This document shows, one piece after another, positions 1-13,719 of a stretch of DNA of 64,000 bases (position 1 is its first letter; each line of letters begins with the position of its first letter). The notes under the pieces are model-generated. The model was not told the origin of the DNA. It worked only from the letters and a program-made list of their open reading frames with translations, and made no database searches. The position numbers were made by a program, and so were the translations under genes. Origin of the DNA: Takakia lepidozioides (taxonomy: Eukaryota; Plantae; Bryophyta). Location of the stretch: assembly GCA_030704615.1 (NCBI GenBank), contig CM060731.1, positions 91,636,001 through 91,700,000 on the forward strand, written 5' to 3'.

Positions 1-440
1 GGTAATTAGTGTACACTACCTGGCCACGGGCAGAAAAGGCTAAGTATGCGGTACTTAGCAAATGGCAGAACAAAAGTACATTACCACGGGAGCAGTAGTG
101 GGTAGTGTAGCAACCGTGGTCCGTGAACCACGATATCACACGGCCACGTTAGCATCGGCTTTTACTAATAAAGGGAGTAGTGGACCGTTTACCACTATAG
201 CACACGACCACTACAACGAGCCACTTTTTTAGCAAACCCTTTAGGTTGCGTAGGCAGTTAGGCAAACGGTCATTAACGACCGCAGGCTATAACGGCTCTT
301 TCAAGCATAGTATAAAAAAGGCTGCACGCAACTTAAAAGGGAGGAGTATGAGTATCAGTGATCAGTGTGTATTCAGTGGACTCAGAGTGATTCAATGTGT
401 ACTTCTGTGATGATGTGATGAACTCTGAAGTAAAGCCATG

Positions 441-956
441 TGTCGTGCGCATACATATCGCTACACAACTACATCGCTGTCCAAAACCACACAACACATG
501 TGCACACCACACACTAGTATACCACTAGTCTACCACTAGTCTAGCCACTAGTCCAACCACTAGGCTACAACTAGTCAGTCACTAGGCTGCCACTACGCTG
601 CCCACTATGGCAGTCACTAGTCCACACAATGATAAAGAAGAAGAATACAAGCACAAGCTCATGCGAGCTCACAAAGCTGAAGCATAAACTCATGCATATA
701 TAACCTCATCACTCAAATACAAGTCAAGCCAAGTGCACCCCACGCCATGGGGAATCCACACTACGGCGCCATAGCTAGGCGCGGTGAGGCTCAACTCGAG
801 AAAGATGAGCCTCCCGCGCTTGCCGTGAAGATAACCACTCCAGGGCCTAAATCTGCTTTGACCCCTGGATTGACACTTGGGCCAATCCCAAATGTCAATA
901 TGTAAAAGCTAGCTATTTCCTAGCTAGTTTCACACTAGTGGTAAAATAACTTGACA
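441..956. repeat. ~516-bp LTR-like unit bounded by TGTC...GACA; a second copy starts at 959 and runs into the gap
   Basis: 441-~605 (tgtcgtgcgcatacatatcgctacacaac...) recurs at 959-1107; the ends are TG..CA. Confidence 0.5.
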
Positions 957-1107
957 GCTGTCGTGCGCATACATATCGCTACACAACTACATCGCTGTCC
1001 AAAACCACACAACACATGTGCACACCACACACTAGTATACCACTAGTCTACCACTAGTCTAGCCACTAGGCTACAACTAGTCAGTCACTAGGCTGCCACT
1101 ACGCTGC

Positions 1108-1607
1108 NNNNNNNNNNNNNNNNNNNNNNNNNNNNNNNNNNNNNNNNNNNNNNNNNNNNNNNNNNNNNNNNNNNNNNNNNNNNNNNNNNNNNNNNNNNNN
1201 NNNNNNNNNNNNNNNNNNNNNNNNNNNNNNNNNNNNNNNNNNNNNNNNNNNNNNNNNNNNNNNNNNNNNNNNNNNNNNNNNNNNNNNNNNNNNNNNNNNN
1301 NNNNNNNNNNNNNNNNNNNNNNNNNNNNNNNNNNNNNNNNNNNNNNNNNNNNNNNNNNNNNNNNNNNNNNNNNNNNNNNNNNNNNNNNNNNNNNNNNNNN
1401 NNNNNNNNNNNNNNNNNNNNNNNNNNNNNNNNNNNNNNNNNNNNNNNNNNNNNNNNNNNNNNNNNNNNNNNNNNNNNNNNNNNNNNNNNNNNNNNNNNNN
1501 NNNNNNNNNNNNNNNNNNNNNNNNNNNNNNNNNNNNNNNNNNNNNNNNNNNNNNNNNNNNNNNNNNNNNNNNNNNNNNNNNNNNNNNNNNNNNNNNNNNN
1601 NNNNNNN
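1108..1607. other. Assembly gap (500 N)
   Basis: Run of N. Confidence 1.
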
Positions 1608-1696
1608 GCCCGGCGGCCAGGTTGGGAGTCAGGCGCGCGCATCAAAGCGAGTAACTATGACTTGAAGGGGAGCTTACCGAAGTGAGGTGCGCGACA
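1608..1696 (+). repeat. 3' end of the 5' LTR
   Basis: Identical to 7834-7922. Confidence 0.95.
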
Positions 1697-1698
1697 TT

Positions 1699-1710
1699 TG
1701 GTATCAGAGC
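1699..1710 (+). promoter_or_regulatory. Primer-binding site, tRNA-iMet
   Basis: TGGTATCAGAGC two bases after the LTR CA. Confidence 0.95.
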
Positions 1711-1751
1711 CTAGAGTTCAGTACGCGATCGTCCTTGGGACTGGCCTCATC

Positions 1752-4700
1752 ATGGGGTCGGGCAAGCCGAAGCAAAAGCGGAACGGCCCAAAAGATGATG
1801 ATCTTGGTGAGCCCGATGGGGGCGACGTGTCACCGAGGCGGCCGTTTGAGGAAGCGATGCATGTTTCCGAAAACGAGGCCGCTCAAGAGCGGGAGGAATC
1901 CGAGGAGTCAGAGCCCGAGGAATCCTTGAGAGTTCCGACAAACCAAGAGATGCCTCCCATGCCGGCAGCCTTTTGGGAAGGGTTGTTGGCGTAGTTTGGC
2001 GGGACGTTGAAAGATGTGTTGAAGGCGGCTAATGCCACTTCCACTAAGGCAAAGTTTAAGGTGAAGCCTAAGGAACCCGGCACCTTCGAGGGCGTCCGAA
2101 ATCAGAAGGCACTCAACACCTGGCTCCTGGAGCTAGAGCAGTACTTCCAGGCGGCCAAGTTGAGTGACGAGGATCGGGTGGAAGTGGCTCCCACCTATTT
2201 GAGGGGCTATGCTCAACAATGGTGGCAGAAACGCCTTCACGACTGAGGCCCAAGCCCGGAAACCTTGAACTGGAGTGGGTTCAAGGAATTGATGAAGAGA
2301 CAGTTTGTGCCCCTCAACGCGTCCTAGCTTGCCCGGGACAAGATGAGGAATTTGAAGCAAACAGATGACATTCGGGGGTATGTCCAGGCTTTCAATGTGT
2401 TGTTGCTCGAAGTCGCGGACATGGCAGAACCAGAAATGGTCTTCAACTTTGTGGCGGGACTGGCCCCATGGGCCAGGCGGAAGTTGGAGGAGAAGCCACC
2501 CAAGACTTTGAACGAGGCAATTGAGAGGGCTGAATGTTTCTCGGACGTACGGAGCTGAACCACAAGAAGACCCGGCGGGAAGGTGACTCCTTCCGACCGG
2601 AAAAGAAGTGGGATAGGCCACGCGGCGACAATGGCACGTGGAAATCGAAGGGAGGGCCTTCACACGTCAAGGCGGCACCCGGTGCTTCGAAAGGAAAAGC
2701 GAGTGGAGCGGCTTATGGCGGACAGAAGGCAACCTTTGATGGAGTGTGTTTCAATTGCGGGGAGCCCGGGCACATGGCCAAGAAGTGCACAAAACCTCGA
2801 CAATTGAACATGACTCGGGCAACCACGGAGCTGTCGGAAGATACCATCAGTCGCTTGGTGGAAGCGGTGGTCGCCAGGACTTGCAAGGTAGGCAACTATT
2901 CTTGTGAGTTGTATCAGGAAACTGGCGCCCTGCGTAAAGGGAGTCAGTTATTGTTCGTAGATGGGATAATATCTGGAACTAACGTGTCGTTGTTGGTGGA
3001 CACAGGAGCGTCGCACTCCTTCATGACGCCGGCGGCGGCGCGAAAGTTGGGACTCCCGACAAGTGACGTGGGGGCCTCTATTGAGGTGCGCTCTGCCAAA
3101 GGAGAACCTCAGTTGGCGACAAGGTTGGCGTTTGATGTTCCTCTTCAACTGGGGAGTTGGGGGGACGTGAGAACTTCACCATCTGCGAGATCAATGGAGT
3201 GGATCTCATTTTGGGGATGACCTTTTTGAGCAAATCCGGAGCGGTCATAGATGGCCGCAAGAGAGTAGTCACGCTGCTATGTGGGAATGGTGGCGAGGTT
3301 TTACGAGTGTCGGAAACGCCCAAATCCGTGGGAGGGCGAATAAACCTTCTGTTAGCAAAGGAGTGGGCCGTGGAGGAGGCACACGAGCCCCAATTTTTGC
3401 TTTACATTAGAGAAGTGAAAGGAGAAGGCGATGGGGAGCCGAGCCCAGATTGGATCAAGGGGATTTTGGAGAAATACCAGGATGTGATGCCGGAGGATTT
3501 ACCAAGCGGCTTGCCACCGCGAAGAGGAGTTGACCACAAGATTGAGGTGATACCGGGATCGGAACCGCCTGCCAAGGCGCCCTACCGGTTGAGCCACAGA
3601 GAGTCGGTCGAGCTGAAGACACAGCTCAAGGATCTAATGTCAAAGGGGTACATCCGGCCGAGTAAGTCACCTTACGGAGCCCCGGTGCTATTTGCAGACA
3701 AGAAGGATGGGACGCTGCGGATGTGTGTCGATTACAGGGCTCTGAATAAGGTGACTATCAAAAACCGGTACCCTTTGCCAAGGATCGACGACCTTTTCGA
3801 TCGGTTGGCAGGAGCGAAGTATTTCAGCCGGATCGACTTGCGCTCCGGCTATCACCAAATTCGGGTGGCGGAAGGAGATGAGGAGAAGACCGCGTGCAGG
3901 ACAAGGTATGGTTCATATGAGTTCTTGGTGATGCCTTTTGGGCTCACCAATGCACCTGCGACCTTTAGCACGCTAATGAACAGCCTTTTCCAGGAGTGGT
4001 TGGATGACTTTGTGATCGTGTACATCGACGACATCTTGGTGTACTCGAAAACAAAGGAAGAGCACCTGAAGCACCTCAAAAGGGTGTTCCAAAAGTTGCG
4101 GGAAGGGAAGCTGTACGCCAAAGCTTCAAATGTGCGAATTCGGGGTCACGAAAGTGGAGTTCTTGGGGCATGTGATTACACAGGATGGGATCAAAATGGA
4201 TGACAGAAAGGTGAGGGCGATCTTGGACTGGGAGCCTCTGACTTCGGTCCCGGGAGTGCGATCCTTCCTAGGACTCGCATCCTATTACCGGAAGTATGTG
4301 AGAAATTTCGCCAAGATTGCGGGGCTGCTGTCAGACCTTCTGTGTAAATCTAAAGTCTGGGCATGGAACACCTTTTGTGGCCAAGCTTTTGCTGAATTGA
4401 AGCAGCGGATGGCGGAAGCTCCAGTCTTGAAAATCCCGGAGTTCGATCGTCCGTTTGAGATACATACAGATGCGTCGGACTTCGCGATTGGTGGTGTGCT
4501 GATGCAAGATGGACGTCCAGTGGCTTACGAAAGTAAGAAACTGAATGAAGTGGAGCGACTGTGGCCGACGCACGAGAAAGAGATGAAGGCAGTGGTGCAC
4601 TGTCTTGAGCTCTGGCGCCACTATGTTGATTCCAACCCAGTGAAGGTGTTCACGGACAATGTCACGGTAAAGTATTTTGCCACGCAGCCCAAGTTGTCCC

Positions 4701-6289
4701 CAAAACAACTTAGGTGACAAGATACTTTGGCGGTGTTCGACGTGGATATCCAGTACAAACCAGGACGAGACAACGTGGTGGCCGATGGTTTAAGTAGAAA
4801 GCAGCAGCTCTTGTTGTTATACAAGGGCGAGACGGCGCTCCAAAGGAAGATCCGGAAGGCTTGCCGGAAGGATGAGCTGGCGAAGTCCGTGATGCAGGAC
4901 TTGAGGATGGGGGTTAAATCGCAGTTCCACTTGCAAAATGGACTGCTCCGGTATAAGCAAAAATGTCTCTACGTGCCGAAGGGAGGGATCAGAGATAGTT
5001 TCTTGAGAGAATGCCATGATAGCCCGCTTGCTGGCCACGGCGGAGCCAAGCGCACTACGTCACTCTTGAAGAAAGAGTATTTCTGGCCCAAACTGAGGGA
5101 GGAGGCAGAGGAGTATGTCAAGACATGCACCACATGCCAACAAAACCGGAGCGAGTACAAAAAGCAAGCGGGGCTGTTACAACCCTTGCCGATTCCAGAG
5201 GGGACTTGGGAAAGCGTCTCGATGGATTTCATGACTGCTATGCCACTGTCAAAAGGATTCGATGCAATCATGGTGGTGGTAGATAGGTTCAGTAAAATGG
5301 GCCATTTCATCCCCACCAAGGAGACGGCAACGGCGCATGAGACAGGGCGACTTTACTTCGCCCACGTCTTAAAGCATCATGGAGTCCCGAAGGATATTGT
5401 CTCGGACCGCGATCCAAAGTTTACGAGTAAATTCTGGAGAGCACTTTGGAAGAAGATGGGGACGAGGTTGAAGATGAGCACCGCCTTCCGACCTACGACC
5501 GACGGCCAAACAGAAAGGGTGAATTCCGTAGTGAAGCAGATCTTGCGGAATTACGTGTCGGCAGACCAAACAGAATGGGTGGAACACTTAGACGCGGCAG
5601 AGTTCTGTTATAATAACACAGAACACTCCGCAACGGGAGTTTCCCCTTTCGTATTGGTCTATGGAAAAGCACCTCTGGTGCCGACAAGTTGGGCCGCCCA
5701 GGACGTTGAGGAACCGGCAGTAGCGGCGGTACTGGAAGAACGCGAGCGTTTGTTGAAGCTCGCAAAGTACAACATTGCCAAAGCTAGGAAACGGTATGAA
5801 AGGCAGGCGAATCGGAAGCGGAGGGAAGTGAAGTTTGAGGCAGGCACAGAGGTCTGGTTGAACATCAAGAATTTCCGACTACCTCCGGAAGTGAGTCCGA
5901 AGTTCGTACCTCCGTATGCGGGACCCTTTCGCATTCGGAAGGTTATGAATGAGGATGTGTATGAATTGGAGCTGCCGGCAAACAGCAAGGTGCACCCAGT
6001 ATTCCATGTCTCCCTTTTGAAGCCTTACTTCAAAGATGAAGCGCGTCCGAATCGGCATCAAGTGTTGCGTCCGCCACCTATGCTGTTGGATCATCAAAAT
6101 GAATTTGAGTACGAGGTGGAGGCAATACTTAAGTTGAGGAGGTTCAAGAACCGAGAAACTAAGTATCTCGTCAAATGGAAGGGCTATCATCATGTGGAGG
6201 CATCTTGGGTGCGTGCCTCAGAAATGGGTAACGCATCCGAGGCGGTTGCAGCTTTCGAAGGGCGACCTCAAAAGCGGAAGAAGCGTTGA
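1752..6289 (+). pseudogene. gag-pol: gag-pol polyprotein with in-frame stops and frameshifts
   Basis: Gag PGTFEG..W..E..QYF; CCHC knuckle CFNCGEPGHMAKKC; protease LVDTGASHSF; [13 protein letters not shown] and VYIDDIL; RNase H TDASDFAIGGVL; integrase GHGG..CTTCQ, SMDF, SDRD, TDGQTER, GPF; chromodomain EYEVEAIL..YLVKWKGY..SW. Confidence 0.96.
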
Positions 6290-6310
6290 TGGGGACATCA
6301 ACCTTGGAGC

Positions 6311-6323
6311 GTGGGGGAGGAAA
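6311..6323 (+). promoter_or_regulatory. Polypurine tract
   Basis: GTGGGGGAGGAAA after the pol stop and directly before TG. Confidence 0.75.
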
Positions 6324-7922
6324 TGCATGCTTAGCCCGGCTTAGCTAGCTTAGGAATCCGATTGCAAAAACTTGTATTGTACAAAACGTGCTATAAATGA
6401 AATGGATTCCAAATGTTGTGCGTCCTATTTTGTTTGGAATGGTGATGCATGGTATGGTTGGCTAGTGTGTAGAATGCATGCTAGCTTATAAAAGTGGGAG
6501 AGGTAAATTGGGTTAATTGTGTGTTTGCGTAGTGCCGAAATCAGGTGACCCCCATCCAAGGGGCAAGGAAACATTCGCCTTCTTTGGGAGTTCACGTGCT
6601 AGTGCGCACCTGGCGCGTGCGCGTACTATAACTGCGCTACCGAGGGGGTTGCCTTGTAGTGCGGGCTAACGCGGAAGCTACGTGCTTCCGTTCACGTACT
6701 ATAATCGTGTAGCCTCGGGACGAAGTCGTAGTGCGGCTTCGGCGTGTTCCCGTACCTCAAGCCAGCATTCCAAGGCGGACCCAATTGTAGTGATTAGGGC
6801 GCACGGTTGGTTCAAGGTTATCTTCCTAGTCAAAGAGGGTTCCAGGGAACCCTTGCTCAAGATGATGCCAAAAGCGGCATCATGAGCGATCGCAAGCAAT
6901 GTTGTTGCAGTAAGGCGATTCGATCCTCGGGGAGGATTGTTCCTTGGCCTTGAAGTAGGCCAAGAAGAGTGCACTGGGAGGAGCTGGAGAGGCTCCACCC
7001 TTGGCCGGGACTTGGAGGAAGTCGGCCGAACTAGCTAGTGGAGAGTAGAGTCAAGTGTGGGGTTTGGTTCTTTGCCATGGGACGCCATGGTGCGGAAACA
7101 AACTCCTTGATGTGGGACGCCACAACTTGGATGTTCGTTTCTACAAAATGGACAAGTCGATGAGGACATCGACTCCTTGTTGGTAGGGGTGTGTGTCGCG
7201 GCCCTTTGCCTTGAGGGCAGGGGGGGGGTCGGGACACAAGAGGGGCTGCCCCTGTGGTGGGGGCAGTAGCGGCGATAGGTACGGGGGCTGAAGCACCCTT
7301 GAGTGCCCACGGCACTCAAGGAGGCGGAGGCGCTCACTAGGTGGAGCCCCGCACACCGGGTTGCGGTGGGGGTGGCTCCACAAGGGGTGGTGGTAGCTTA
7401 GCGGGACTTAGTGGGGGTGGCATAGGACTCACCATGGGGTGGAGACCTCGAGGTGGGAGTCGTGGGGAGTCTTGGGACTCATCACGGTCCATTGGGGCCG
7501 CAGTGAGTGGGCCAAGACTCACCGCGACTCACCACCGGGAATCGAGGGTCTCCGTGGTGGTTTGCCATAAAATGGCATGGCTGGTTGTGAAACCCCCGTG
7601 GACAGCTACAGAAGTATATATAGGGAGTAGTAACCCCGAGAACGGTGCAAGCCCGTTGGTGACCAAAAACTAGTGAGTAAGCGAGCGAGCCGGAAAGCGA
7701 CCAAAGAGTGGGGAGCTGTTCCGGATTGCCAACTACCAAAGGGAATTCCCGCTGGTTCCAAATCGGTGGAGGGTTCTTTGGGAGAACAAAGGGGGACCGT
7801 TATGCCCCGGTGAGCAGCCCAAGCTCCAAGTTGGCCCGGCGGCCAGGTTGGGAGTCAGGCGCGCGCATCAAAGCGAGTAACTATGACTTGAAGGGGAGCT
7901 TACCGAAGTGAGGTGCGCGACA
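6324..7922 (+). repeat. 3' LTR (~1.6 kb)
   Basis: Starts TG after the PPT; its end matches the 5' LTR remnant; start inferred from the PPT only. Confidence 0.8.
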
Positions 7923-8700
7923 CACCTCCCTCCGCTCTCTTATTTCATTGAAAACCCTTTCTGGTTGTGCTGGTATTGACATTCTTGAAGTGGATTTGTT
8001 CTTACTATAGGATGCCAAGTACTGCCGGAGGGACGTCTACACCGGAGTTCATGGGCAGGAGGAACGTGCCTTTTTTTGCCAGGGGGGATTTCATGCCTAG
8101 TCCAGAAAGGGAGTACATCCTTCCTACTTATGCTGCCTGGCTTGCTTCGGTGTCCATTAGGAGGTGTTCCGAACCTAGTCGTGTACAGCAGATTTTAGAC
8201 GAGGCAAGCCTCAAGAAAATGAAGATGAGGGAGGAGGCAGCAGCTATTAGAGCCCGTCGGGCTCGTAGATTTGTCTTGGATTCTGCTGAGGAAAGTGGGG
8301 GAGAAGACGCAGAAGATTCCTAGGAGGTGAGGTGGACAATCCCCCAAAGAGAGGACGGGATTTTTGAGAGGCATAGTGGAACTGATGCATCACAGAGCTC
8401 GGAGGATGAGGGGGATGAGGGGGATGAGGGGGATGAGGAAGAAGGTGGGGCAAGTTCCTCGGAGGGTGTAGGAGAGTAGTGCCCATTCCGGCTATGACAC
8501 TTAGAACACACTTATATAGACGTGGCTTGCCACAAAATTTGCAATAAAATGTTGGATTTCAAGTCCACTGGTGCCACATTCCAACTTCACATGACCCTAT
8601 TTCCGTGCCTCCTAACCCTATTTCCGTGGACTCACAATGGTCTGCTCATGCTTTTTTTTTTTCCGCTCATGCTCATGCCGCTCATGAAATAGCAGCCCCC
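7923..8700 (+). mobile_element. Terminal ~780 bp of a family-B MULE (last cargo exon + TIR), directly abutting the chromovirus 3' LTR
   Basis: Near-identical reverse complement of 25108-25891; ends ...CTCATGAAATAGCAGCCCCC. Confidence 0.93.
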
Positions 8701-8722
8701 GTTGGGGAGTGGGGGCAGTATA

Positions 8723-11683
8723 TGTAGGTTGCGTAGCAGAGAATGGATATGGGAAAGGGAGTGAGATTCAAAGTAGATATCACATGTGTCTGGTAGCGGG
8801 GAAATAATAATGATGAGGGCAAAGAGGATGTGTTGGGTGGGAAAACCTTGAGTCTGTGTGTGGCATGGGTGAGAGCTGGGAGATGGCAGGCAGGGAGGCC
8901 AAAGGTGGCAATTTGGTGTGTAGGGGGAGTCTGATGTGTGTGTAGATGCATATATTGGTACACTTTTCTTTTCAGATCGTTTTTTATCATAAGACAAGCG
9001 GTTTCGGTATTGTACTGCCAAAACATGTTAGTTTGTTAGTTGTCTGGAAATCGTTGGGAAAGCACGTAGGAAATTAGACAGTGTCTGCGATGACCATGGA
9101 GAAGAACTCTGGCGTCAAAATGACCGTAGGAAGCTACATCGACAGCAGATTAGGCTGTCAATTTGGTACCAAAAACGGCAAGGTAATCATGTTCAAACAA
9201 TACAGGACGACTATTCCAGTCCCAAATTGCGATCTCTCTTTTCTCCCACCATTCAAGTCTAGTAGGAACACACGGCGATGAGCTTGGCAATTGGTGGAAG
9301 CGACATGTACAGCGATGAAATATCGCAACAAAGCACGTGACTGCATCGGAATGACAGCAGGTCAGGACGACTTCAAACTAGCGGTGCGGGACAACTAGAG
9401 GGGACTCCGGACAACCTATGACTCAGTGGCAGGGTCAAAGACTCCAGAGCCATCACCAGGGATTTGATTTCCAAAAATACCAAAAAATCTTTATGTAGCA
9501 AAAGTACGACGAATGGCAAAAGGCGCAACTTTTTACCACCAATGGACTTGAGAATTTACAGGCTGATACGAGGTATATAATTGTAGTTTGTCACCAAGTT
9601 TGCTGATTTATGGAGCTGATTAGCAGCGGCGCCAAATTATTGAGTCGACGGCACTCATGGGGGCCGATTATTTGAATTTTTATTCTTTGGATGGATGAAA
9701 AATCCTGAAATTCGCCTGGAGGAGCTGGATGGATGAAATGACAACTTGCGCCAACTGGTCATCCAATTGGATGGATGAAAAGCCAGCTTTCATTTGCTTC
9801 TAAGACTTTTCATCCATGTTGAATATTATATTATAGATCCTCCAAGGAAACAATAGTTTAATGAATATTTTTTGTTAGTTTACTAGGCTCAAAAACAGTA
9901 TAAAAGAAGGGCAAGGCTTCTCTTGTTCTTCATCTTGCTTCGTTTTCTCTTGTAATGTTTGCTAGTTTGTGGCTTGAGGAGGCTAGATCCTAGGGAGTGG
10001 AGCTTAAAGCTCCCTAGTTAGGTAGAATTCTTGTGAGCTAAGGCACGTGGCCTAGCTTGTGGGCCTTTGAGCCATTTCATTTTTGAAGGAAGAGGGCAAT
10101 TTCATGTGGAGGAAAGTGACTTGAGGACGAGTAGGAGGGGCTGGTATGGACTTATGGACGAGAGCCCAAGTGGAGGCCGCATAGAGTACCATTACTTGAG
10201 TCGATAGAGCATCCCAAACACTCTCGCATTGAAAGGTTGATCCCATCTTACCATTTCACCATTTATGTATGTGATTCATTTATTTTCCAAGCAAAGCTTG
10301 AAGTTGAAAAATCTGATTTAGGCCCTCAAAAGAGGAGTGTGCATTGTGGAATCCCACTATTTCATGTCTAGGATTGACAAGGGGAAGAACCACATAGCCT
10401 ATTGGAAAGGGTACCAATAGAGGCTTGTATTTGAATTGTTTGAAGAATGAATCTTTGTGTTTTTGGTTACTAATTTGAAATAGAGCCAGCTCTGGAAAAG
10501 GAAGGCCAGCAGGCTGGATCTATGATATAAGGCCACTATAAGGCCACTATGTGCTAATTTCCACCCCCACTAGCAAGCCATGGAGGCCTAGGGAGGGTGG
10601 GTTGTATTTATTTTGTCTTGGGGTTTGGGCGGGCTAAATTTGCTTGACAGCAGCTGCCCCAAAGTCGCGAGCAGCCCGGGAGGAGCCCGGGTGCTGCGCC
10701 TAGAGAGTAGGCTCTCGATTACTTAAAGCATGGAGGCAGCCATGGCCTAGCCACGACGTACGGGAAGCGGGGCCCCAGCGCTGACCTTAAGTCGTACTGA
10801 GATCAAGTACAGCCGCGTGGCTTGGGCGTGAGGCCCTGAAGCGTGCGAGCAGGGTGCGGGTCTTTACCCGCGGGATAACCAAAGTTGAGACGGACCGGCG
10901 GACGCCGGCATTAACTGCAGCGGTCCACGGCTTGGACCGTTACGCGCGGATCTGCGCCCCGCCACGTGGCGGGGGCGTTTTACCCAGCAAGCAATGCGTC
11001 TGCAAATTCCCTTAAAGGGGTGTATTCTTACCTTTAGCTATTAGATTCAATTTATACCCCTCTAAGGGTTAGGAGCCATTATCTAAGGCGCCAGTGGTAG
11101 ATAAAATCTAGGATTCTGGGAGGACGTAGCCTTGGAGGGGAGCGTTCTTATGACCCCAAGAGAGAGCCGAGCGGGTCTGTGAGCAGTGAGCTAGAGGCGG
11201 AGACCTCGAGAGACAAGGGAGGAGAGAAAGTACTTTGTCCTAAAAACTTGGCTACAGTGAGCCATTGTGAACTCAAGCACTTGGTGAAGGAGGGGCATTG
11301 GCAGAGGAAGATTTTCCCTCTTCTTCCTGGGCTCGGCAGGTGCCTTGTGAAGGGATTAAAACATATCCCGGCTATAGGCGGCTCGGGGGCCTAGGCGGTC
11401 AGAATTAGATAATAAAACAAAAGACTTGGAAGGCAGTTACTGAGTAGATTGTAGAATACCATAGGACTTAGAAACGCAAACTCGCCCTGTGAAGAGGAGT
11501 ACGTGACTTCTCTTTGCCGGTAGGACTTAGATAGTAATCATAGCCATCATGTACGACCACAGACCCCTGCACTAACCGCAGTCGGGTAGACGGTTCAGTG
11601 AACCCAACCTACACCGCAACTTACCACGACCCCCCTAGCTAATATGTCGTCACCCTGACCGCGCGTGCTCAGGGCTCGTCATA
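8723..11683 (+). repeat. Probable long LTR / LTR-derived non-coding region; may be composite
   Basis: PPT-like GGGGAGTGGGGGCAG precedes TGTAGG at 8723; a PBS follows at 11688; no long ORFs. Confidence 0.4.
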
Positions 11684-11687
11684 TAAA

Positions 11688-11705
11688 TGGTGCGTCTGCC
11701 AGGAG
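11688..11705 (+). promoter_or_regulatory. Primer-binding site complementary to the tRNA-Gly(UCC) 3' end
   Basis: TGGTGCGTCTGCCAGGAG matches 17/18 to the reverse complement of the plant tRNA-Gly(UCC) end as I recall it (...CTCCCGGCAGACGCACCA); lies upstream of a gag. Confidence 0.75.
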
Positions 11706-13159
11706 GTAAGTGAATAGTCAGGACTCCTTGAATTCCAAATAGAAGGAAGATTGGACGTTTGTCATTCTCCTCTGGGATCGTGTTCTTTCATTTTTACCTG
11801 ACGTTTTATGATTTGACTCGGACAGGAAAAGACCGAGTGAACCATTAGGTACATTTAGATAAATTTCTTGCATTTGAGTTAAGCACATGGAGAATTTTGA
11901 GTGGCAGTATGGCTGCACCATTGGCACTCCCTCGCCGGGAGCATTCCTTTGAGTACTGGGTGATCAGACTCTACCGCATCATTTCCAGCACCAGGACTGG
12001 AGACGTACCTGGCCCCGAGGCCACAGTGATTTGCAGGCTGATGCGACGACGCATCCTGACCATTGCAGAGGAGTATCAAGAGTATTGGATCTCCGCTCGA
12101 GTTGGACCCCGAGGCCCCGGAGCCCGGACGGCCCCTATTGCTATATTTTTTCGGTTCAACACTCGTTGGCCGGGCTGTTGCCAGCCACCTTTTCTTGCGT
12201 ATATTCATTTTGATTCGGCCCTTGAGGTCCATGTTGCGTGGTAGGTGACCTACTTGGCTTGTTGTGCGTTGTGTTGCACCATCACCGACACCCTGCTGTA
12301 CACGCGCAGTAGGCGTTCCGCTCCGTTGAGGGAGTGTGTGGGGCGCAATATTTGCGGACATCGCCCTGCTTTCGTAGAGTGGTTGATTGGAGTCGGCCCA
12401 AGAGAGAGGATTAGATGTTAACGAAGGTATCCTGCGTGTGCCACAACAAGAAATAGCTGAAGCGGGAGAACGAGCCAAGCCGGAGTCGAGAGTGAGCACC
12501 TTCCCCACCCGAGGAGGGCGTGCCGACCATTCTTGCCTCCTTGGTACTATCACCGAGGGACCACGCCATCAGCTCTTATTCGTGAGTTGATTTCATCTAG
12601 TTCATTAACCCTGCTAGGCACAGTTCGAGATCTGCTAGCAGAGAGTTCTTTTGTTGCATCACCTGTTGTAGCTCGTAGGACACTACCACCGGGCCCAGTT
12701 CGGTCAATAGTTTTTCCTTTTGGTTTGAGGGTCCCTTTGACGCAGTTGCCTCGTTTACCGCCCCGAGTGGTACCTTAGTGTGGCTGCCCTTCACTAAATC
12801 CGTCATATCTCGATTCTCGATGACTTGTAAGTGGTAGGGCATGACACTTGGCACCTCTTCAGTAGAGAGTGCCCCAAGTGGACCTACTGAGTACACTTCC
12901 TCAGAGGAGGAAGGGGACGAGCCTGCCACCAGTGGCCATCCTAGTGAGTCGGATTAGAGGCCTTTTCTCGTGGATCCAGGAACTCCTACTATAGGGGTCC
13001 GGACCTCATTTGCTTGGATTGCTGAGGAGTATGGTAGTGGTGTGCGGTTGAGCACCATTGTACCCAACCAGCACCGTTATATGGGATGATTGCTTATGAC
13101 TGGACTAACACAATTGTAGAAGTGGGTCACTGATAAGCCAGCGTAGAACCCCATTTGGG

Positions 13160-13684
13160 ATGTCCTTTGATGAAAAAGTGAAACGCATCCGGCACCGGTT
13201 TTTCCATACACCACGGTCTACCCGAGAACGGATCGAAGAATATATCCGGTACCTGGGTGAAAAGAAGGTGCATAAGAAACGTTGGATCGACGAACGAGTT
13301 TGGAACACCCAAACTCTACCAGACGGCACCACTCATAATTTTTACTGGTTTCCAGATAGATTTGTATTTCCGGGTTGTTCTTGTCCAGGTATTTACTTAG
13401 GTGCATTACAACCGAGGTCGTCGTTTGTAACCCACCTAAGGTGGCAAGTTGATTTCTTTACTCACTGTGAGTCTTGTCAGTTCTTCGCACACGAGCATCT
13501 GATACTCCGATCAGAATGCTCGCATTATGAAGGACCGTGGCCCATTGGGTATCCTTTAATGCACCAATATAGACTGCAAACTGACGTGCCTCCATCGCCA
13601 AGGTTCCATGGAAGGTATTTAAATTTGACCTCGTTTATTCTTGACATGGTTGTTCAAGGTAATATAGGTCTTAGTACAGACTAA
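13160..13684 (+). CDS. Extra 174-aa ORF of unknown function upstream of gag (H-x-R-x8-C-x2-C motif)
   Basis: Intact ATG ORF between the PBS and gag. Confidence 0.5.
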   Translation: MSFDEKVKRIRHRFFHTPRSTRERIEEYIRYLGEKKVHKKRWIDERVWNTQTLPDGTTHNFYWFPDRFVFPGCSCPGIYLGALQPRSSFVTHLRWQVDFFTHCESCQFFAHEHLILRSECSHYEGPWPIGYPLMHQYRLQTDVPPSPRFHGRYLNLTSFILDMVVQGNIGLSTD

Positions 13685-13719
13685 AGTAGGGGAATCCTCA
13701 TTAGCACAACAGTGAGTGT

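Larger units (their letters stand above)
1608..7922 (+). mobile_element. Ty3/Gypsy chromovirus LTR retrotransposon, near full length, degenerate; most of the 5' LTR lies in the gap
   Basis: LTR end ...gaggtgcgcgaca at 1696 and 7922; PBS; gag-PR-RT-RH-IN-chromodomain order; PPT. Confidence 0.97.

Noticed and set aside
959-1107. True tandem LTR/TRIM array
   Set aside because: The duplicate abuts a gap and may be an assembly overlap; it cannot be resolved here
1088-1645. ORFs spanning N runs (also 57547-58353)
   Set aside because: Gap artefacts
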